A DNA stretch of 64,000 nucleotides, from assembly GCA_963713975.1 (NCBI GenBank), contig OY970218.1:3008001-3072000 (forward strand), given 5' to 3'. This document shows positions 39,310-48,410 of the stretch, piece by piece (within the stretch, counting starts at the first letter, position 1; every line of letters starts with the position of its first letter). Made by a program: the position numbers and the translations under genes. The notes under the pieces are model-generated. The model was given only the letters and a program-made list of their open reading frames with translations. It did no database searches and was not told where the DNA came from. This stretch comes from an uncultured Chloroflexia bacterium. GTDB lineage: Bacteria > Chloroflexota > Limnocylindria > Limnocylindrales > CSP1-4.

Positions 39310-40290
39310 CTAGGCCACGACGACAACGATGTTCCCCACCTTCTGGCCCGTCTCGGCATACCTGTGAGCCTCGACCATCTGCTCGAGCGAAAAGCGCTGG
39401 TCGATGACAGGGTGCAGTTGCCCGGCTTCGACGAGTCCCCGCAGGTAGGCCAGGTCCTCGCTCGTTCCGCTTGATCCCGCGAACGACACCCGCTTCCTGC
39501 TCCCCCTCGCCGCCCACTTGGCGCGAACGATCTGCAGGAACCCCGGGTTGGCCATGAGCAGGCATCCGTTGTCAGCCAGCGACCTCACCATGCGAGCTGA
39601 CGGCGTGTTGCGGACGACGTCGAAGATGACGTCGTAGGTCTCGGTGCCCTCGGTGAAGTCCTCCTGCCTGTGGTCGATGACGCGATCTGCGCCGATCGAG
39701 CGCAGCGTCTCCAGCTTCGCTGCGCTGTCGACCGCGGTCACGTGTGCCCCAAGGACCTTGGCGAGCTGGACCGCGAACGTGCCGAAGCTCCCGCCTGCGC
39801 CATTGACCAGGACCCTCTGTCCGGTCCGGACGCCGCCCTTGCGCAGGAACTGCAGTGCCTCGCCGCCACCGTAGGGGATGGCCGCGGCATCCTCGTAGCC
39901 CAGGTTCGCCGGCATCGTCGCGATCGCTCCCGTCTCGGGCTTCTCGCGCAGGCAGATGTACTCGGCGTAGGCACCCAGACCAATGCCCGTCGCCGCGAAC
40001 ACCCTGTCGCCCGTCGCGAACGACCTGACGTCCTTGCCAGCCGATTCCACGTCACCGGCAAGCTCCTGCCCCAGCACGGGCTGCCTTGGTCGGCGGATGC
40101 CGAAGGCCAGCCGGATGGGCACCCAGATCCAAGGCGCGAAGTCGAACCTCCGAAGCTCGCAGTCGGCGGCGCTGACCGTCGTGGCGCGGATTCGGACGAG
40201 CACCTCGTTGTCCTTTGGAACGGGCTTCCGCAGATCCCTGGGCTTGAGGACGTCCGGCGGTCCGTAGTCCGTGCACACGATGGCTCTCAT
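39310..40290 (-). CDS. NAD(P)-dependent MDR family oxidoreductase
   Basis: MRAIV..YGPPDVL, GAYAEY, VLVNGAGGSFGTFAVQLAK, GQKVGNIV motifs. Confidence 0.9.
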   Translation of the reverse strand: MRAIVCTDYGPPDVLKPRDLRKPVPKDNEVLVRIRATTVSAADCELRRFDFAPWIWVPIRLAFGIRRPRQPVLGQELAGDVESAGKDVRSFATGDRVFAATGIGLGAYAEYICLREKPETGAIATMPANLGYEDAAAIPYGGGEALQFLRKGGVRTGQRVLVNGAGGSFGTFAVQLAKVLGAHVTAVDSAAKLETLRSIGADRVIDHRQEDFTEGTETYDVIFDVVRNTPSARMVRSLADNGCLLMANPGFLQIVRAKWAARGSRKRVSFAGSSGTSEDLAYLRGLVEAGQLHPVIDQRFSLEQMVEAHRYAETGQKVGNIVVVVA

Positions 40291-40389
40291 GGGCTCCGTT
40301 TCCTGCGTTCGCGCGTGTCCGGCACCAACCGCATGTCGACTCTGCCTGCCTGCCTGATGTTGGCACAGCTTCGATGCGACCATGGAATC

Positions 40390-41292
40390 GTGCGCCGTCT
40401 CCTGGTCGTCGACTTCGCCAACATCGCCCACCGTGCCTACTTCGCGGGACGAGGCCGTCCTGCGTTCACGGCCGACGGACGGCCGGTATTCCTGGTCCGC
40501 ACGTTCCTGCGCCTGCTGCTCGCGCGTATCCACGAGGAGCAGGCCACCCACGTCGCGCTCGCGTTCGAGAGCACGACCGGCTCGCGCCGACGTGAGAGCG
40601 ACCCCGCCTACAAGCCGCGGAAGGCCGACGTGCCGGACGACCTTCTGCCACAGCTGCGCGACGCCAACATCGCGTGCGGCAGGATGGCCTGGGCACGCTA
40701 CCGGGCCGAGGGCTGGGAGGCGGACGATGCGATGGCCGGCATCGCCGATGCCGCCGTGGCAGCAGGGTTCGACGAGGTGCTGCTCCTTACCGCAGACCAT
40801 GACCTGCTCGGCGTCGTCAGCGACCGCGTGGCGGTCCTCATGCCCCGCTCCGGTGGAGGCATCGACCGGTACGGACCCACCGATGTCAAGGAGCGCAGTC
40901 CGTATCGCGTGCCGCCGGGGCAGGTGGCGGACGTGAAGGCGCTGATCGGCGACGCGACCGACGGCTACGTTGGCGTACGGGGCATCGGCCCATCGGTGGG
41001 CCCCGACCTGGTGCGGCGGTTCGGGTCTCTGGCCGCCGTCTACGACCATATCGACGAGATCGAGGCCGCGGGCGTGCGCAACCGCCTGCTCGCCGGGCGA
41101 GAGGACGCCTTCCACTGTCTCGACCTCGCCACCCTGCGCCGCGACGCTCCCCTCGCACCGGCCTTCGATCCGGATGCCGGGTGGGTGGGTGCGCACGATC
41201 CAGAGCGGGTGGCGTCGTGGCTCACGGCGATGGGGCTCGCGGAGCTGATCCGGCTCGTGGATCCGGGGGTTGCGGTTCCGGCGCGGTCCTAA
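40390..41292 (+). CDS. Stand-alone 5'-3' exonuclease / flap endonuclease
   Basis: VVD...HRAYFA, YKPR, EADD, TADHDL, ALIGDATD..GVRGIG (H3TH) motifs; no polymerase domain. Confidence 0.88.
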   Translation: MRRLLVVDFANIAHRAYFAGRGRPAFTADGRPVFLVRTFLRLLLARIHEEQATHVALAFESTTGSRRRESDPAYKPRKADVPDDLLPQLRDANIACGRMAWARYRAEGWEADDAMAGIADAAVAAGFDEVLLLTADHDLLGVVSDRVAVLMPRSGGGIDRYGPTDVKERSPYRVPPGQVADVKALIGDATDGYVGVRGIGPSVGPDLVRRFGSLAAVYDHIDEIEAAGVRNRLLAGREDAFHCLDLATLRRDAPLAPAFDPDAGWVGAHDPERVASWLTAMGLAELIRLVDPGVAVPARS

Positions 41293-41681
41293 CGGATGGA
41301 CAGGATGCGGCGCATGCTGGCCACGGACTGGTCGAAGACGCGCGTCACCGCATCCACGTCGGCGTCATCCCGCGTGTGCAGGCTGACGGTCACCCGGGAC
41401 GAACTCGTCGTGCTGGGCGCGATGACGATCGACCCGCCGTAGTCACTGCCGGGCCGTCCCCAGGTGATCGTGTGGGTGCCTCGGTCCGCGACGAACCCGG
41501 CATCGGGGGCGCCATCGCGATCCGCGATCTCGTCGTCGACGTCGAGCTCGCCCTCGACGGCCGTCGAGTCCTCGAGCCTCACGGTCGAGACGTAGTCGGG
41601 CAGCCGGGTGGGATCCGACAGGATGTCAAAGGCGGCGTCGGCGCCGGTCAGCACGGTGAAGGTCCGTTCCAGATCCGCCAG
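41289..41681 (-). CDS. SRPBCC-like protein
   Basis: ERTFTV...AFDILSDPTRLPDYV...ITWG...YGG pattern; start uncertain (CTG at 41681 after GGAGG, or ATG at 41744). Confidence 0.65.
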   Translation of the reverse strand: MADLERTFTVLTGADAAFDILSDPTRLPDYVSTVRLEDSTAVEGELDVDDEIADRDGAPDAGFVADRGTHTITWGRPGSDYGGSIVIAPSTTSSSRVTVSLHTRDDADVDAVTRVFDQSVASMRRILSIR

Positions 41682-41783
41682 GGCCTGATCCTCCGCTTGG
41701 TCCGGATTCCGCGGGCGCTGCCGCGTCGGGCACCATCCTGCCATGCCCGATGGATGGCCGGGCGCGCCATCGCTCCGGCCGGC

Positions 41784-42338
41784 TCAACTGCGGAAGGTCA
41801 CGTCCTTCGTGTCCACGACCACAGCGGTGCGGCCGGGGGCATCCTGGTCCTGCCAGTACATGTTCGTGTGCGCGATGACCTTGTCCGGCGGCGGGGCGCC
41901 CCACGGGCTTAGGTCCTCCGTTGTGTGCGCGTCACCGACGAGTGTCACGTCGTAGCCCCGCGTGAAGGCGCCGTGGATGGTCGAGCGGATGCAGGCATCT
42001 GTCTGGGCGCCCGCCACGACCAGGTGACCGATCCCGGCGCGAGCCAGCACCGCCTCCAGGTCGGTGTCCTCGAACGAGTCGCCAAAGGTCTTGGCCACCA
42101 GTGGCTCCGACTCGAGGCGTGGCAGCTCCGGGACGTACTCCCAGGCAGCGCTCCCCTGCTCCAGTTGCGCGTCGGAGTGCTGGACCCACACGACGGGCGC
42201 GCCCGCCTCACGGGCCGCGCCTACCAGCGTGCCGATGTTGGCGACGATGGCGTCGCGCTCGTACGCCTCGGCGACGACGCCGTTCTGGACGTCGATCACG
42301 ACAAGGCCGGTGTTGGGCCGATCCGGGAGCGTGGTCAT
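41784..42338 (-). CDS. Isochorismatase family cysteine hydrolase
   Basis: LVVIDVQ, K...DSF, GAQTDAC, DAHTT motifs; GGAG RBS. Confidence 0.9.
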   Translation of the reverse strand: MTTLPDRPNTGLVVIDVQNGVVAEAYERDAIVANIGTLVGAAREAGAPVVWVQHSDAQLEQGSAAWEYVPELPRLESEPLVAKTFGDSFEDTDLEAVLARAGIGHLVVAGAQTDACIRSTIHGAFTRGYDVTLVGDAHTTEDLSPWGAPPPDKVIAHTNMYWQDQDAPGRTAVVVDTKDVTFRS

Positions 42339-42448
42339 GACGATCTCCTCCGGGTCTGAACTGGCTCCTGCGAGCGTCGCCATGCTAAGCGAAGCCACCG
42401 GCCGCGTGGTAGGCGGCGTGGACAGGTGCTGCGGGTATCCTCGGCGGC

Positions 42449-43027
42449 ATGTGGACCGACATCACGCTGGAACGTGGTCCAAACGGGGAGATCCCTGATG
42501 CGGCACGGGACGACCTCGTCGTGCGCAGCGAGGCCGAGGTTGCCGCGGCCGTGGCCTGGGTCGAGGCCCACGAGGACAGGGTCGCCTCGCTCGCCAGCGA
42601 CCGGAGCCGGGACGACGAGGCGCGCGCGAGCTTCCGCGAGGCCCAGCGGGTCCGCGAGCTGCTCCGGATCCGGGCCTATTCCATCGAGGCCGCACGGACG
42701 TGGGAGGCACTGGCCCCGGCCGACCGGGCGGCCCTGCTCGCACGCACGGATCGCGCCGGGGTCGACCTGTCCTCGGACGCCGCCACGGTGGCGATCGGGA
42801 TGATGCTGAACCAGGTCGTCGTCGCTCGGCTCGTAGCGCTCGCGTCAGCCACCAAGCACGGCGAAGCATCGGTCGGCGAGGCGATGATCGCGCTGCCGAT
42901 CCGCTTCCAGCTCGACGTGATCGCCGAGACGGGCCGGGACCTCCGGGTTCCGGGCGAGGTGCTGCGGGTCCTCGACGGCGCCGGCGCCGGCGGCAGCCCG
43001 GTTCAGCCCACCGTCGACCCGAGGTAG
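42449..43027 (+). CDS. Hypothetical protein (helical)
   Basis: 192-aa ORF with high GC3; TATCCT -10 element 7 nt upstream of the ATG. Confidence 0.65.
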   Translation: MWTDITLERGPNGEIPDAARDDLVVRSEAEVAAAVAWVEAHEDRVASLASDRSRDDEARASFREAQRVRELLRIRAYSIEAARTWEALAPADRAALLARTDRAGVDLSSDAATVAIGMMLNQVVVARLVALASATKHGEASVGEAMIALPIRFQLDVIAETGRDLRVPGEVLRVLDGAGAGGSPVQPTVDPR

Positions 43028-43037
43028 CGGGACGCGG

Positions 43038-45095
43038 TCACGACGCCGCGCCAACCGACATCTCCAGGAAGGCGAGCACGTCCGCGCGCTCCTCGACCTG
43101 CTTGTGCACCGGCTTGCCGGCCCCGTGGCCCGCATCCGTGTCGATCCGGAGCAGGATCGGCGCATCCCCGGCCTGTGCGGCCTGGAGGGCCGCCGCGAAC
43201 TTGAACGAGTGACCGGGAACGACCCGGTCGTCATGGTCGCCGGTGGTCACCAGCGTCGGCGGATAGGCGGTGCCGGGCCGCACGTTGTGGAGCGGCGAGT
43301 ACGCCAGGAGCGTGGCGAACTGCCCCGGATCCTCCGCGCACCCGTAGTCGCTCGTCCAGCCCCACCCGATGGTGAAGTGGTGGAAGCGGAGCATGTCCAT
43401 CACGCCCACCTCGGCGATCGCCGCCCCGAACAGCTCCGGATGCTGGGTGAGGCTCGCCCCCACCAGCAGACCGCCGTTGGAGCGCCCGCTGATCCCGATC
43501 CGGGCAGGCCGGGTCCAGCCGGAGTCCGCCAGCCACCGGGCACAGGCGGCGAAGTCATCGAACACGTTCTGCTTGTTCGCCAGCCGCCCGGCGTCGTGCC
43601 AGGCCTTCCCGTACTCGGAGCCACCGCGCAGCGAGGCAACGGCGAGCAGGCCGCCGCGTTCCATCCAGGCCAGCCACTCCGGCTTGAAGGTTGGACCGAT
43701 GGGGATCTGGAAGCCGCCGTAGCCGTAGAACAGCGTCGGGATCTCACCATCTGGCGCCACGTCCCGCCGGCGGGTGAGGAACAGCGGCACCCGGGTGCCG
43801 TCGGCCGACGCGACGAAGACCTGCTCGCTCACGTAGTCGCCAGGGGCCCAGGCCAGCGACGGGCTTCGTACGTCGCGGACGGCTCCGTCGCTCATGTGGA
43901 TGGACAGGACCGATGCCGGTGCCGTGAAGCTCATGAAGGTCACGAACAGCTCGGCGTCGCCCCGCCGGCCCGCGGCGTCGACAATGGTGCCGATGCCGGG
44001 CAGCTCCACGTCCACCACGTGGCGACCATCCAGCTCGAAGATACCCAGTCGATGGTGCGCGTGGTGGAGGTGGATCGCCGCGAGCCGGTCCCCGACCAGG
44101 TACACCCGGTCCAGGGCATCCACTCCTTCCGGAATGACCTCGCGCACCCGCTCGGGCCGGCTCACGTCGACGGCGATCACCCGACGGCGTGGGGCATCGC
44201 GATCCGTGAGCAGGTACAGCCACCCATCGACCACGGAGATCGGGCTGTAGGAGGCATCGGCCGCATCGAGCAGCGGACGGACCTCCGCCGCGTCCACGCC
44301 ATCGGCCAGGTCGGCGACATAGATCCGCTTCTCGGGGTCGGTCCCGCGCTCGATGCTCAGCACCAGCAGCCGGCCGTCGTCCGAGACCTCGGGCTCGAAG
44401 AACCACTCGGGCTCGTGAGGCGTGGCGAAGACCACGGGATCCTCGGCCGGGTTGGTGCCGAGACGGTGGTACCGGATCTCCATGTCCAGGTTCGGGGCGT
44501 CGTGGACGGCGTCCCCCGGCGGCTCGTCGTACCTGCCGTAGAAGAACCCGGCGTCGTCGTGCGTCCACGCGGCCGATGCGAACTTGCTCCACGGGACCCG
44601 GTCGGGCAGCTCCTCACCCGTGGCCACGCGTCGAACACTCCAAGTCTGCCAGTCCGAGCCGGCGTCGCTGGTCGCGACCGCGACGAGCTCGCCACTCTCG
44701 GACACCACGGCATCGGACAGCGTGGTCGTGCCCTGGTCGTTCATGCCGTTGGGGTCGAGGAGCACCCTCCCCTCCCCTCCCGGTGCGTCCGCGGTCCACA
44801 GCACGTCCTGGTCCTGGAGCCCGTCGTTGCGCAGCTGAAACCAACGGTCAGCCACTCGCCACGGCGCCCCGGCACGCGGGATCGCCCACAGCTCCGCGAG
44901 GCGCCGCCGGATCGACGGACGCTCGGGGACACCGTTCAGGACGCTCTCGGTCAGCCGGTTCTGGGCCGTGATCCAGACCCTGGTACCGGGCTCGTCCGAG
45001 TCCTCGAGCGGGCGATACGGATCGGCGACCAGGGTGCCGTGGTAGTCGTCGACCTGACTCGAGGTCGGGGGCGTGGGGTAGGTCGGACGGGACAT
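43038..45095 (-). CDS. Prolyl oligopeptidase (S9A)
   Basis: DPYRPLED, YGYGGF, GRSNGG, DDRVVP, GHG motifs. Confidence 0.94.
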   Translation of the reverse strand: MSRPTYPTPPTSSQVDDYHGTLVADPYRPLEDSDEPGTRVWITAQNRLTESVLNGVPERPSIRRRLAELWAIPRAGAPWRVADRWFQLRNDGLQDQDVLWTADAPGGEGRVLLDPNGMNDQGTTTLSDAVVSESGELVAVATSDAGSDWQTWSVRRVATGEELPDRVPWSKFASAAWTHDDAGFFYGRYDEPPGDAVHDAPNLDMEIRYHRLGTNPAEDPVVFATPHEPEWFFEPEVSDDGRLLVLSIERGTDPEKRIYVADLADGVDAAEVRPLLDAADASYSPISVVDGWLYLLTDRDAPRRRVIAVDVSRPERVREVIPEGVDALDRVYLVGDRLAAIHLHHAHHRLGIFELDGRHVVDVELPGIGTIVDAAGRRGDAELFVTFMSFTAPASVLSIHMSDGAVRDVRSPSLAWAPGDYVSEQVFVASADGTRVPLFLTRRRDVAPDGEIPTLFYGYGGFQIPIGPTFKPEWLAWMERGGLLAVASLRGGSEYGKAWHDAGRLANKQNVFDDFAACARWLADSGWTRPARIGISGRSNGGLLVGASLTQHPELFGAAIAEVGVMDMLRFHHFTIGWGWTSDYGCAEDPGQFATLLAYSPLHNVRPGTAYPPTLVTTGDHDDRVVPGHSFKFAAALQAAQAGDAPILLRIDTDAGHGAGKPVHKQVEERADVLAFLEMSVGAAS

Positions 45096-45109
45096 CGATC
45101 CAGCAGGGT

Positions 45110-45784
45110 TCAGGGCAGCTGGCCGGCAGCCGGCGGCCCCGCCTCGTACGTCTGCGGGATGGAGCCCGCGTAGTCCAGGCCGCCTTCCACGAACGTGATC
45201 TGCTGCATGTCAAGGCCGGTGATCTCCGGGAGTCGAGTCGCCAGGTAGCCGTTGATGGCGTCCTCGGCCTGGGTAACCAGGAAGTCCGGGACGCCGAACA
45301 TGCCGTACTTGAGCGAGTCGATCTGGACGGTGGCAGCCTGGGGTCCGGTCACCTCCAGGTGCCAGGTCGCGTCCACCGGTCCGGAGATCGGGTAGCCCCA
45401 GGCGGCAAGATCGACCATGGCGCTCGTCTGTACGTAGCCGTCGTGGAACCGGATCTGGACGTCGCTGACCGCCGGGCTGGGCTGGCTGACCTCGGGGATT
45501 GCCATGACCGTCCCTTCGGACAGGGTCTGATCGAGCGCGACCGAGCCCGAAAACTCGTGCCTCGACCCGAGCGTGTAGTTCTCCGGCGCGGATGGCGTCT
45601 CGATCCCGAGGTCCTGCTTGAGCGCAGCGTATGCGGCAGCATCGGCCGGCTGGCCGCCGAGGTCGGCTGCCTTGTCCATCGCGAAGGCCGACGACACGAG
45701 CGGAACCCTTGCGATGCCCGAACAGGCTGCGACGAGCACGGCCAGGACCACGAGGACGATGAGCGCGACGACGAGCTTGCGCAC
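45110..45784 (-). CDS. Exported/lipoprotein hypothetical protein
   Basis: Basic plus hydrophobic N-terminus with VAAC lipobox-like motif; GGAGG upstream. Confidence 0.7.
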   Translation of the reverse strand: MRKLVVALIVLVVLAVLVAACSGIARVPLVSSAFAMDKAADLGGQPADAAAYAALKQDLGIETPSAPENYTLGSRHEFSGSVALDQTLSEGTVMAIPEVSQPSPAVSDVQIRFHDGYVQTSAMVDLAAWGYPISGPVDATWHLEVTGPQAATVQIDSLKYGMFGVPDFLVTQAEDAINGYLATRLPEITGLDMQQITFVEGGLDYAGSIPQTYEAGPPAAGQLP

Positions 45785-45982
45785 GGAGGCACCTCCACGC
45801 GACCCGATTGTCCGCGGGTCGCCGACGGGGACTCGACCATCGTACCGGGATCGGCCATCGCGCTCCCGCAGGTCGTCGGGCCCCTGGGCCGGCTGCGATT
45901 GGGCGCAGAGTAGGGACTCGGGTCACGAAGGCGCCAGCCGTTGGCCCTCTCGCCCGTCGCTTCCGCCTGTCATCATCACCAG

Positions 45983-46288
45983 GTGACATCCACCAACGAC
46001 GCCTTGCGCGCCGGCCAGCTGTTCTGCCGCACCTGCTCTGCACTGCCAAGCGGCGCTGGTGCGATCGGACGAGCCCAGTGCCCCTGGTGCCGGTCCCCGC
46101 TCACTCGCGAGTTCGGGCCCGTGGTCGCCCGCTGCGCGGAGTGCCCGACGAGAGGCATCGTCGGGATCGACCTCGTGACCCGCGAGTACGACCGCGGCCA
46201 CGTCGCGGTTCCTCGGGCCGTCTGCCGGCTGCACGTAGAGAACGGCGCCGCCGAGGGATCCGGTCCGGCCGAGCGCACGCTCCCCTAG
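45983..46288 (+). CDS. Small Cys-rich putative zinc-binding protein
   Basis: CRTC, CPWC, CAEC and CRLH motifs in about 100 aa; start inferred. Confidence 0.55.
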   Translation: MTSTNDALRAGQLFCRTCSALPSGAGAIGRAQCPWCRSPLTREFGPVVARCAECPTRGIVGIDLVTREYDRGHVAVPRAVCRLHVENGAAEGSGPAERTLP

Positions 46289-46330
46289 TGTCCTGAGGCG
46301 GCTGGCGCATCGGCCGCGTGGTCGCGCCCG

Positions 46331-46624
46331 CTAGCCCTTGCTTCCGGGACGCTGCGCATCGTCCCCGTCCGCCTTGGTCCCGTCCGAGGCCGTTCCCTGG
46401 CTCAGCCGGTACGCCGCGAGGTCCTGCTTCGCCTTGCGATCGAAGAACGGGATCACGAACGGCATCATGAACAGGGCCGCGACGAACAGCGGGCCGAAGA
46501 CGGTCAGGACGTCCTGGATCTGCCTGGGCAGGGACAGGGCGGAGATGATCTGCACGCCCACCGCGTAGCCGACGAACCCGGCGGGCAGGGACAGGACGAG
46601 CAGGACGTTGGGCAGGAACCGCAT
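46331..46624 (-). CDS. Small two-TM membrane protein
   Basis: MRFLPNVLLVLSLPAGFVGY... two hydrophobic segments followed by a charged tail. Confidence 0.65.
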   Translation of the reverse strand: MRFLPNVLLVLSLPAGFVGYAVGVQIISALSLPRQIQDVLTVFGPLFVAALFMMPFVIPFFDRKAKQDLAAYRLSQGTASDGTKADGDDAQRPGSKG

Positions 46625-46662
46625 CGGATGATCGTAGCGCCCATGGTCGCGGGCGATGTCGG

Positions 46663-47133
46663 TCAGGTCGGTTGATCGGTCAGGGAGCGCTCGTAGCAGA
46701 GGCTGAGCGGATCGTCCCGGTACGGCCCGAACGGCGGACACCGGCGGAAGCCCATGGCCTCGTAGAGCGCGATCGCCTCGCGCTGGTGGATGCCGGTCTC
46801 GAGGCGGACGAGGCCGAACCCCTCGATGCGGGCATGCTCGACGAGGTGGTCCAGGATGCGCCGCCCGAAGCCCGAGCCGCGGAACGCGGGGCGGACGTAC
46901 ATGCGCTTGATCTCGCCGTACTCCCCGGCGACGAGGAGGGTCCCACCGCAGCCGGCCGCGATCCCGTCCGAGCGGAGGACGAAGAAGCGCACGCCCTCGG
47001 CGACGAGGCGCTCGACGCTGAAGCCGTGGCGACTCTGCTCCGGGTAGGCGGCGGCGAGGCCATCCTCGAGCTCGGTGACCAGGGCAACGGCGTCGGGAGT
47101 ATCGGGTCGCTCGCGATCGATCACGACGGGCAT
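46663..47133 (-). CDS. GNAT family N-acetyltransferase
   Basis: GEIKRMYV..AFRGSGFG, LETGIHQ.EAIALY..GF motifs. Confidence 0.9.
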   Translation of the reverse strand: MPVVIDRERPDTPDAVALVTELEDGLAAAYPEQSRHGFSVERLVAEGVRFFVLRSDGIAAGCGGTLLVAGEYGEIKRMYVRPAFRGSGFGRRILDHLVEHARIEGFGLVRLETGIHQREAIALYEAMGFRRCPPFGPYRDDPLSLCYERSLTDQPT

Positions 47134-47196
47134 GGCCGGATCCTCGCATGATCCCGCCCGGTTGCGCACGAGCGTGGTCGGCTGGACGATAGCCAC

Positions 47197-47514
47197 ATGC
47201 CGCACCCGTGGCCGCTGTTCGACCTCCGCCTCCGCACGCCGCACCTCGAGCTGCGGCTGCCGACCGACGACGACCTGCTCGACCTCATGGTCCTCGCCCG
47301 CCACGGCATCCATGACCCGGGCATGACGCCATTCCTCTTCCCCTGGGACGGGATCGCGCCGAAGGGCGTGCCGGTGACGGAACACCTCGTCCGGGTGACG
47401 CCGGGGGCGTGGCGGCGTGACCTCGTGCCGGTGACGATCGATGGACTGGAATCGTGCCTCGACCTGTTCGGCGTCCAGGCGACCGGGACAGCGGGTGAGG
47501 CCGGCGAGACCTAG
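47197..47514 (+). pseudogene. Internally deleted RimJ-type GNAT (Rv0802c-like) remnant
   Basis: N-terminus WPLFDLRLRTPHLELRLPTD...GIHDP...PF..PW joins directly to the C-terminus VTIDGLESCLDLFG; acetyl-CoA-binding core is absent. Confidence 0.6.
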
Positions 47515-47557
47515 TCCTGCGAGGCCGGGCGCGTCCCCAGGCGAGCCCGGAGCCGCC

Positions 47558-48223
47558 TCAGGCGTCCGTGTCCAGGTAGGCGAGGATCGCCAGCACGCGT
47601 CGGTGGTCGTTGCGCGAATCCGGCAGGTCAAGCTTGCCGATGATGCTGGTGATGTGCTTCTCGGCGGCACCCTCGGTGATCGACAGCGCCCGTGCGATGC
47701 CGGCGTTGGTGCGCCCTTCCGCCATCGCCGCCAGGACCTCGCGCTCCCTTGGGGTGAGGGCGGCGAGCCGGTCGTCCTGACGTCGGCGGACCATCAGCTG
47801 GGCAACGACCTCCGGGTCCAGCGCCGTGCCGCCGCCCGCCACGCGGCGCAGCGCGTCCAGGAAGTCCCGCACGTCCGCCACGCGGTCCTTGAGCAGGTAG
47901 CCCACGCCGCCACCGCGATCCGCCAGCAGCTCGCTCGCGTACTGGCGCTCCACGTACTGGCTGAGCACGAGGATTGGCGTTCCCGGGATCTGGCGCCGCG
48001 CCTCGATTGCCGCACGCAGCCCCTCGTCGCGCTGCGTGGGCGGCATCCGGACGTCGACCACGGAGACGTCGGGCCGGTGCTCCACGGCAGCCCGGACGAA
48101 CGACGGCCCGTCCCCCACCCTGGCCACCACGGTCGCGCCGGACTCCTCGATGAGCCGCGTGAGGCCCTCCCGGAGCAGCACCGAATCCTCGGCGATGATC
48201 ACCCTCAGCCCTTCGATCGACAT
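47558..48223 (-). CDS. NarL/LuxR family response regulator
   Basis: IAEDSVLLREG, DVRMPP, LSQY, YLLKDRV, LTPREREVL..MAEG.TN motifs. Confidence 0.93.
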   Translation of the reverse strand: MSIEGLRVIIAEDSVLLREGLTRLIEESGATVVARVGDGPSFVRAAVEHRPDVSVVDVRMPPTQRDEGLRAAIEARRQIPGTPILVLSQYVERQYASELLADRGGGVGYLLKDRVADVRDFLDALRRVAGGGTALDPEVVAQLMVRRRQDDRLAALTPREREVLAAMAEGRTNAGIARALSITEGAAEKHITSIIGKLDLPDSRNDHRRVLAILAYLDTDA

Positions 48224-48410
48224 GGGCCGATGATGCCTCAATGGCTGCGCAATGGTGCGACGGGGACGGCATCGAGTCTGACTGGGGTGGGGATGCCCCC
48301 ACCACGAAGATGCCCGCTGCCCGGCTGGGACACGGCACCGGCGGCGTCTATGGTCCGGCCATGACATGCATTGCCCGCTGCGCTCACCCCAGAATGGTAG
48401 GGTCGGCCCG

